Origin: an uncultured delta proteobacterium
GTDB taxonomy: Bacteria; Desulfobacterota; Desulfobacteria; Desulfobacterales; UBA5852
DNA length: 64,000 bases
Assembly (NCBI GenBank): GCA_963730675.1
Contig: CAVSSY010000008.1
Span: 47,584 to 111,583 of the forward strand
Direction: 5' to 3'
The position numbers and the translations under genes are program-made. Position 1 is the first letter of the stretch. Every line of letters begins with the position of its first letter. Under the pieces are notes generated by a model. The model had not been told where the DNA came from, ran no database searches, and saw nothing but the letters and a program-made list of their open reading frames with translations. Shown here one piece after another: positions 58,200 through 64,000 of the stretch.

Positions 58200-58451
58200 A
58201 TGAAACCTGAGGTGAGCGTCAATATCTGCCAGATCATTCCGCGGAATTCAGATGATGATGTCGGCTGGTTTTTCATCAATGTCGACCACGACCTGCCGGA
58301 CGATACCGGATCCTGCGCTTCCATCAAGCTCGAAATACCGGTGCGCCTGCCCCTTGACGCCGACCTGTCACTGACCGAACCGGAAGTCATGCAAAAGGCG
58401 CAGGAGCTCATGGTCAGCGCCCTGGCCGCCCTCAAATCTACCACTTCGTGA
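58200..58451 (+). CDS. hypothetical acidic protein
   Basis: 83-aa ORF divergent from 57467..57916. No motif and only a weak SD. Confidence 0.35.
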   Translation: MKPEVSVNICQIIPRNSDDDVGWFFINVDHDLPDDTGSCASIKLEIPVRLPLDADLSLTEPEVMQKAQELMVSALAALKSTTS

Positions 58452-58513
58452 GCACCTGCCCTGCCCCCTCCTGATCACGCATCGAAACCGTCTCAAAAAT
58501 TTTGAGATGGCTT

Positions 58514-59254
58514 CTAGTCGTAATAGTCATGGGCGCGCAAGGTGGCGACGACTTCATCAAACGCTCCCTTATTCTCTTCAAAGTGATCTTCATGGCACAC
58601 CATCATCACAATGGTCTGACAGGCGTGCTCTTTTTGGCATGGGACCAGGAACCATTCGAATATCAAGCGTTGCGGCACTTTGTTTTCAACAATCAGCGCA
58701 TCGACCCCGAAAACCATCTCGGGCTTGAAGGCCCGCTGGCTGAGAAAATAATTTTGTTGGGTGGTTACCAGATTGTCTTTGTAGACATGATAGTCGAAGC
58801 GCTTGACCTCCACTTCCGCATCCAACTCGTCGCGCATTTCCTCGATACGCTCCTGCCAATAGGGCGGGTCGAGGTTGATATAGCGTGGCAACGCCAACCG
58901 CAATTTTTCATTCATCACGGCGATAAGAGCCTGGGAGTCAGGACGGGTCAGCACCAGGCTGGCCATATCCGCATCGACCCAGCCGGCTTTCCGTTCCAGA
59001 ACGTCTTCCGGATCTTCGGCCGGCACCCAGCCGTCGGGCAAATCCGCAGAAAATTCGTATTCGAAATTGGTGTAGGTTTTACCGACGATCAGCGGCGAGG
59101 GGATCATGGAGCACCCCGTCTGTCCCAAAAGAGTTGCCAGGAGCATCAGCAACGGCAGAAGCCTCTTGGGGAAAGGGCCCTTCCGCGTCCAGGGATGGGG
59201 GTGGCGCCGCACACTCAAAACAAGCCTCGTCCTCTCGTTAAACAGCCAACTCAA
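58514..59254 (-). CDS. lipoprotein, hypothetical
   Basis: LLATLLGQTGCS lipobox. 246 aa. The true start is probably internal. Confidence 0.55.
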   Translation of the reverse strand: MSWLFNERTRLVLSVRRHPHPWTRKGPFPKRLLPLLMLLATLLGQTGCSMIPSPLIVGKTYTNFEYEFSADLPDGWVPAEDPEDVLERKAGWVDADMASLVLTRPDSQALIAVMNEKLRLALPRYINLDPPYWQERIEEMRDELDAEVEVKRFDYHVYKDNLVTTQQNYFLSQRAFKPEMVFGVDALIVENKVPQRLIFEWFLVPCQKEHACQTIVMMVCHEDHFEENKGAFDEVVATLRAHDYYD

Positions 59255-59602
59255 GAAGGTGCTTCATAGTCGATTTTTCCTCAATTGCCAATGCCGCTGT
59301 GACGGCGCGGGCCGCTAGTGTAAAGGCCGCCGATTCGATCTGCAGCTGCGGGGATTGGGTTTTTCCCCAAAAAAGGCTTTTTTGCTTGTACAATTGCGAA
59401 ACTGCCCGTAATTTCGAGATAGTGCGCCGAACCTGCTATATAGTGCCCATCCATAAATGGTAGATTTTAGTTCCTGGCAAGGCCTCAGCCGACTGGCGCC
59501 GACTGGCGCAGCCCGGCTACGCTGAGGACCGACAGGAGGCGAGAACGCCGCCAGGGGCCAAAAGATGCTATTTAGGGGTGGGCACGACCCAAGGAGGCTT
59601 AT

Positions 59603-59989
59603 ATGACGCTACTCGTCAGTGTCCACCCCAAGGCATTGGGAGCCTATTCCGTCACCCTGTCGGGACAAATCAACGGGCAGACCTATTCCATCCTGGAAAA
59701 CAAGCTGGATCAATTATTGGAAGAAAAACCGACGCTAATCGTACTGGACATGGCCGATGTCACCTATCTGAGCAGCGTCGGCATCCGGGTGATCCTCAAA
59801 ACCAAAAAGGCACTTGCCGCCAATGCCGGCAAGCTCGTATTCATGAACCTCCAACCCCAGATCAGGAAAGTATTCGAGATTATCAATGCTCTGCCGAGCA
59901 TGCGGGTCTTCAAAGATTTGAGGGAAATGGACGCCTATCTGGACCGGATGCAGCGCAAAGCGGCCGGTGCGGTGCAAGAAGAGGATTGA
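59603..59989 (+). CDS. STAS-domain anti-sigma-factor antagonist (SpoIIAA/RsbV-like)
   Basis: LIVLDMADVTYLSSVGIRVILK, with the conserved phosphorylatable Ser context. AAGGAGG lies upstream. Confidence 0.8.
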   Translation: MTLLVSVHPKALGAYSVTLSGQINGQTYSILENKLDQLLEEKPTLIVLDMADVTYLSSVGIRVILKTKKALAANAGKLVFMNLQPQIRKVFEIINALPSMRVFKDLREMDAYLDRMQRKAAGAVQEED

Positions 59990-59995
59990 GCCGGT

Positions 59996-61135
59996 CTATC
60001 TAGGCCGGTCGTCGCTCAGCGCCGCGGCGATCGCGACAAACTTGTCCTGGCATGCCATGAAAGCCTCCACCACGCGTGGGTCGAACTGCGTGCCGGCTCT
60101 CTCCCGGATGAAACGGGCCGCCTCCCCGTGGGACATGCCGGGCTTGTAGATCCGTTTGCTGATCAGGGCGTCATAGACATCCGCCACGGCCACCAGGCGC
60201 GCCGACAAAGCGATCGCTCCGCCTTTGATGCCAAACGGGTAGCCGGTCCCGTCCCATTTCTCATGGTGCCCCAAGGCAATTTCAATCGCCCTTGACAGAT
60301 AAGGGCTCTTGTCCCCCAGTTCCTCACGCAGTTCCAGCAGGGTATCCCCCCCGATGGTGGGATGATTTTGCATGACCAAGCGCTCCCTGGAACTCAACCC
60401 CCCCTTTTTGAGCAGGATGCCGTCCGGAATGCCGACCTTGCCGATGTCGTGGAGGGCGGCCGTTTTGACCACACTCCGAATCCACTCTACTGTAATGGTG
60501 GCATCGGTTTTCGCCAATTCCAGCGCCAAAATTTCCACATACCGGGAGATGCGTTCCAGATGTCTGCCGGTATGGTCATCGCGGGCCTCGGTCATTTTGG
60601 CCATCGCAAAGATGATACCGTCCCGGCTGCGCAACAATTCCCGGCTTTGTTCGGCGACCTTTTGCTCCAGCCCACGGTTCAATTCCGTCAGATCGGTATT
60701 GGCCTTACGCAGCCTCCGCTGGAGGCAGCGCAGGGTCAAATGGGTATTGACCCGGGCAACGAGTTCTTCGGGCTGGAAGGGTTTGGTGATGTAATCCACC
60801 GCCCCCAGCTCGAGACCCTTGACCTTGTCCTGCGTACGTTCGAGGGCGGAGAGAAAAATGATTGGAATTTCAGAGGTCTGCGGATCGGACTTCAGACGCC
60901 GGCAAACTTCATAGCCGTCCATCTCCGGCATCCGGATGTCGAGCAGAACCAGGTCGGGTGAGGCTTGGGCAGCCACGGCCAAGGCACTGGTGCCGTCCCG
61001 TGCCGCAAGCAGACGGAAGCCCTGGCCTTCCAGCGTCGCTTGCAGCACCTGAATGTTGGTGGGATTGTCATCCACCACTAAAATTTTGTCTTCGTCTTCC
61101 CGCTGCCGGCAGGCCAGATCATCCTCCTGGCGCAT
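59996..61135 (-). CDS. response regulator with an HD-GYP domain (RpfG-like c-di-GMP phosphodiesterase)
   Basis: ILVVDDNPTN...LVLLDIRMPEMDG...KPF receiver, then HDIGKVGIPD and HHEKWDGTGYP. Confidence 0.9.
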   Translation of the reverse strand: MRQEDDLACRQREDEDKILVVDDNPTNIQVLQATLEGQGFRLLAARDGTSALAVAAQASPDLVLLDIRMPEMDGYEVCRRLKSDPQTSEIPIIFLSALERTQDKVKGLELGAVDYITKPFQPEELVARVNTHLTLRCLQRRLRKANTDLTELNRGLEQKVAEQSRELLRSRDGIIFAMAKMTEARDDHTGRHLERISRYVEILALELAKTDATITVEWIRSVVKTAALHDIGKVGIPDGILLKKGGLSSRERLVMQNHPTIGGDTLLELREELGDKSPYLSRAIEIALGHHEKWDGTGYPFGIKGGAIALSARLVAVADVYDALISKRIYKPGMSHGEAARFIRERAGTQFDPRVVEAFMACQDKFVAIAAALSDDRPR

Positions 61136-61441
61136 GCGAGCTCCCCATCTACAAGTAATTTCAGCGTTTCGCGCAAGCGGTACTATCGCGCTACAGGGCG
61201 TATCAGGAGGCTATCCGCCAATGCCCGTCCAAGCATTCATGCCGCTCGTTGAAACGTTGGGTTATCCGACATTTTTAGAACACATCGCCTGCTTATTGCC
61301 TTGTGGCAAGATAAGCAGCCCGATAGCGCTCGGCAATCTCCGGCACTGTGGATATCCGGAAGGATCAGGTGCCAAAAAAATCTCACGCTCCTCGCTCGAA
61401 TGAGGAAACACGCACGGCCGGCGCTACGCCAATACGCCGCC

Positions 61442-61696
61442 CTATTGGGTGGTTGGGTCTTTGGATTCCAACGTTGTGTCCTCCTCCCCGGGGGCCGGAG
61501 CCGCTTCCGGCCCGGAGGGCGGTGTGCCGTAGATGGTGTAGACCCCCACCTCGCCCGTAAAAAGCCCCGGCCCCGGCTTGAGCTCGTTGTCGGGCTGGTA
61601 GTGGAAGGGTTGGGGCGGCGTGGCGCAGCCGGCCAGCAGCCAAAGCCCCACCCCGCCCAGCATCAGCAAACGCTTTAAGGTGTTCATGACGACCAT
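61442..61696 (-). CDS. small Pro/Gly-rich lipoprotein
   Basis: Lipobox LLAGCAT. It starts 6 nt after the porin stop on the same strand. Confidence 0.6.
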   Translation of the reverse strand: MVVMNTLKRLLMLGGVGLWLLAGCATPPQPFHYQPDNELKPGPGLFTGEVGVYTIYGTPPSGPEAAPAPGEEDTTLESKDPTTQ

Positions 61697-61702
61697 TCCC
61701 CC

Positions 61703-63049
61703 CTAAAACTTCACCCGTACGCCGGTCATCAGCGCATTGATGGCGTCAAAGTCTGCCTGTTCCCGATCCAGATCGTACCAGCGATACCCGATGTAATACT
61801 CCGAGCCCCACTCCGGAAATTCCTGGACCGCCTGAAAGCCCACCGACTTGGCTTCGTCCCCGTCCTGGGCCACGTCGTCGTTGCGGGCGTAGTCCACCGA
61901 AAAGCGGGTTTCGCCGACCTTGAACCATTTGGCCCGATACCCCAGCTTGGCGTAGTAGAACGTAGGATCGTCATCGCGTTTTGTGCCGTCCGGGTTCAGC
62001 AATCCGCTGTCCAGATCCTGGATGCCGCCCGCCACCGTCAGGTTCAACCCGCTGCTGTGAAGAATGGAGGCGCTGCCGTTGTATTGATTGTCGACGGTAT
62101 TGCTGATGGCCTGGGGATCGGCATAGGCCGCCGCCGCGACGAATTCCCAGTCCTGGCCCCATTTGGCGGCGTAGCGCAGGGCCACGTCCCCGCCGTCGGA
62201 AAGCAGCGAGCCGGACAACTGAAACCCCCAGAAGTCCGGACTGTCGTAGCGGATCCGGTTGCGACGGCTCAGACCGTCGAAATCGTTGAATACCCGGGCG
62301 ACGTTAGTCATCGAGAGGGCGTCGGTAGCGTCGTTATAAAACAAGATCCCGCCGGCCATATCCTCGACGCTGGCATAGCCCACCACGCTGGTGCCGGACA
62401 GATCCATCTCCGAGGTGCCGTCCGAGGCCGTGCTGCCCTTGCCAAGATAGAGCTTGCCGAAACGCTTGGAGGTGAGCTGGGCATCCATCCAACGCTCGTT
62501 GAAACCGGTGCCGTCCTCGTCATCCGGGTTCTTGTCGTTCTGGTTGACCACGTTGCTGGGATTGGACTGGTACTCGAACTCCATACGCGTGCCGATGGTG
62601 AGATCGTCGTTGACCTTGGCCTCCCCCAGCAGTCCGATGCGCGAAGAGGAGTTGTCGTTGTCCACGAAGTAGTAGTCCGAGCTGTTCCCGTCGTCAGCCG
62701 CCAGAAAAGCTCGGTTGACCTGCCCGTAGAGCTCGACCGACACCTTGTCGCTTTTGCCTTTGCCGCGCAGAACACTCTTCGGATAGGGCGTCTTGGACAC
62801 CTCGGCCACGGCCGCCGCCTTGGCCTCGTCCACCGCCTTCTGGGACAAGGCGTCCACCTGCTGCTGCAGCTTCTCCAGGGCCTTGGCCTGGGCCTCGATC
62901 TGGGCCTGCTGCTGTTTGATGAGCTGCTCCATGCGTTCCAGCATCTTTTCGTCCGCTGCCCCGGCGGTGCCCGCCAGGCTCAGCACCAGGCCGGCCGCCA
63001 AAAGAAATCCCGCTAGCCGACGTGCCATGCGTCTCTTCCGAAAGATCAT
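61703..63049 (-). CDS. outer-membrane porin (Porin_4-like beta-barrel) with an N-terminal periplasmic coiled coil
   Basis: A signal peptide, then about 50 aa of heptad-like KMLERMEQLIKQQQAQIEAQAKALEKLQQQVDALSQK, then VELYGQVNRAF... alternating beta-strands ending in ...GVRVKF (terminal Phe). Confidence 0.75.
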   Translation of the reverse strand: MIFRKRRMARRLAGFLLAAGLVLSLAGTAGAADEKMLERMEQLIKQQQAQIEAQAKALEKLQQQVDALSQKAVDEAKAAAVAEVSKTPYPKSVLRGKGKSDKVSVELYGQVNRAFLAADDGNSSDYYFVDNDNSSSRIGLLGEAKVNDDLTIGTRMEFEYQSNPSNVVNQNDKNPDDEDGTGFNERWMDAQLTSKRFGKLYLGKGSTASDGTSEMDLSGTSVVGYASVEDMAGGILFYNDATDALSMTNVARVFNDFDGLSRRNRIRYDSPDFWGFQLSGSLLSDGGDVALRYAAKWGQDWEFVAAAAYADPQAISNTVDNQYNGSASILHSSGLNLTVAGGIQDLDSGLLNPDGTKRDDDPTFYYAKLGYRAKWFKVGETRFSVDYARNDDVAQDGDEAKSVGFQAVQEFPEWGSEYYIGYRWYDLDREQADFDAINALMTGVRVKF

Positions 63050-63095
63050 ATCCCCCTCCTTTCGTTTTCTTGTGGGAAAAAAACTTGTCGTCCCT

Positions 63096-63722
63096 TCAGA
63101 TCGGAAACGCCGCCAGCTGGGTTGCGACCAAACGACTGAAGGTCAGCAACAGGCGGCTCATCGCGGCCACGACGGCTTCATCGCTGTCGCCCTCCACCGT
63201 CTGCTGGAGGATCGACCGCTCGCGCGCCATCAGGGGCTTGCCGTCCTGATCCAGCCACTCCCAGCTCACGGTCAAAACGGCTTCGCCGTTGCGCGTCGCG
63301 TCAAACCGATCGATTTCCATCTGGAGCTGAAACTGCGGCGCGTATTCCGACCACCAGGGATAGCGGTAAACCCCGCCGCTGCCGGTGATGGTTGCCAGGT
63401 TGTCCACCAAAACCCGAATGGTGTTCTGCTTCAGGGGTTCCGCCCAATTGGCGAAGGGGGCGGCGATGATTTCGCTGTCTCCGGCCCGCGTCACCAGTTG
63501 AGGCCGGTCGAGGTAATCGGGGAATGCCAGGGGCCCCACCCCGATAGTCATGGACTCCGTTCTGGCCGCTGCCGCGCGATCGGCGCCGGATGCCAGCGTC
63601 GTCAGGACATAGAGCCTGGGCAACCGCTGGGTGCCCCCTCCCAGGTTGATACACCCTGCCACAAGGACCGCAAGAACCAGTGCCGCACCCATCGAGGAGA
63701 ACGAAAAGCGTTTCGACATCAT
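63096..63722 (-). CDS. PqiC-family (ABC-type transport auxiliary, DUF330) lipoprotein
   Basis: Lipobox LVAGCIN. 208 aa, with a 4-nt overlap with the upstream MCE gene. Confidence 0.7.
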   Translation of the reverse strand: MMSKRFSFSSMGAALVLAVLVAGCINLGGGTQRLPRLYVLTTLASGADRAAAARTESMTIGVGPLAFPDYLDRPQLVTRAGDSEIIAAPFANWAEPLKQNTIRVLVDNLATITGSGGVYRYPWWSEYAPQFQLQMEIDRFDATRNGEAVLTVSWEWLDQDGKPLMARERSILQQTVEGDSDEAVVAAMSRLLLTFSRLVATQLAAFPI

Positions 63723-64000
63723 TGACCTCCCGGTTCTTCCCGGCCCCGGATCAGGGCGTCGGGCTGCTGCTGCAGCAAATCGGTTAACGCCCGGAGGGAG
63801 CTGGCGGCCGCCGCGATCTGTTTCAGGGCGTTGGAGACCTCGTAGTGGAAAGCGGACCGCTCGCTATATCCCTCGGCCAGCCGGTCGACGCTTTGCAGGG
63901 TCTGATCGGCCTTGATCATGGCCTGGCGAATGGCCTCAAGGGCCGCCTGGGCCTCCACCATCACCGGATCGATTTGCCGGTCCGTGTTCTGAATGAGTCG
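63719..64000 (-). CDS. MCE-family protein (PqiB/MlaD-like), C-terminal fragment; the gene continues beyond the window end
   Basis: The frame is open to nt 64000. The helical C-terminus ends ...SLRALTDLLQQQPDALIRGREE, typical of PqiB/MCE tails. Confidence 0.65.
   Translation of the reverse strand, partial: RLIQNTDRQIDPVMVEAQAALEAIRQAMIKADQTLQSVDRLAEGYSERSAFHYEVSNALKQIAAAASSLRALTDLLQQQPDALIRGREEPGGQ

Noticed and set aside
61289-61318. Imperfect palindrome CTGCTTATTGCC-N4-GGCAAGATAAGCAG between the small lipoprotein gene and the RR-HD-GYP gene
   Set aside because: It has a bulged stem and no following T-run, and it is a single occurrence. It could be a weak terminator or operator, but there is nothing to distinguish it from chance.

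Overview
This is a GC-rich bacterial chromosomal segment made up mostly of minus-strand housekeeping operons. In order it contains: a surface-glycosylation-like cluster (GT39-like, SAM methyltransferase, GT2, flippase-like protein, VKOR-DsbA fusion, TPR-bearing GT-C protein); a sigma-54-driven type IV pilin with an NtrC/PilR-like activator; pyrB-pyrC, lepB, pgpA, larC and an M20 peptidase; tRNA-Sec; an EmrAB-like efflux pair; a small AT-rich islet with an RHH gene, a PilZ gene and a zinc-ribbon gene; feoAB plus a second feoA; rlmD; two alpha/beta hydrolases; cinA; a second dihydroorotase; a CheY-like regulator; tRNA-Cys and tRNA-Gly; pgsA-tal-folK-dapF-argH-argG-argD-argB; hslUV-xerC; NfeD/SPFH; a family-4 UDG; coaBC; recD2-hicB; tRNA-Arg; and a signalling/envelope neighbourhood (hemolysin III, DsrE-like, STAS, RR-HD-GYP, coiled-coil porin, PqiC/PqiB). 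The gene content (tRNA-Sec, sigma-54 pilin control, DsrE-like protein) suggests a Desulfobacterota-like organism, but this is inference only. I saw no CRISPR array, transposase, phage block or integrase-bearing island. The most unusual items are these: (1) an unlisted, apparently leaderless RHH gene joined by an ATGA overlap to a stand-alone PilZ c-di-GMP receptor, behind a tract that is about 93% A+T and carries repeated operator-like boxes; (2) a PqiB-PqiC-porin-lipoprotein operon in which the porin has a long N-terminal coiled coil; (3) a GT-C/GT2 cluster resembling protein O-mannosylation next to the pilin gene; (4) a palindromic MITE-like element and two long structured noncoding spacers; (5) a striking cluster of frameshifts and one nonsense codon in the first 15 kb and in argG. 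Several of these sit in homopolymer runs and hit essential genes, so assembly indel error is the leading explanation.
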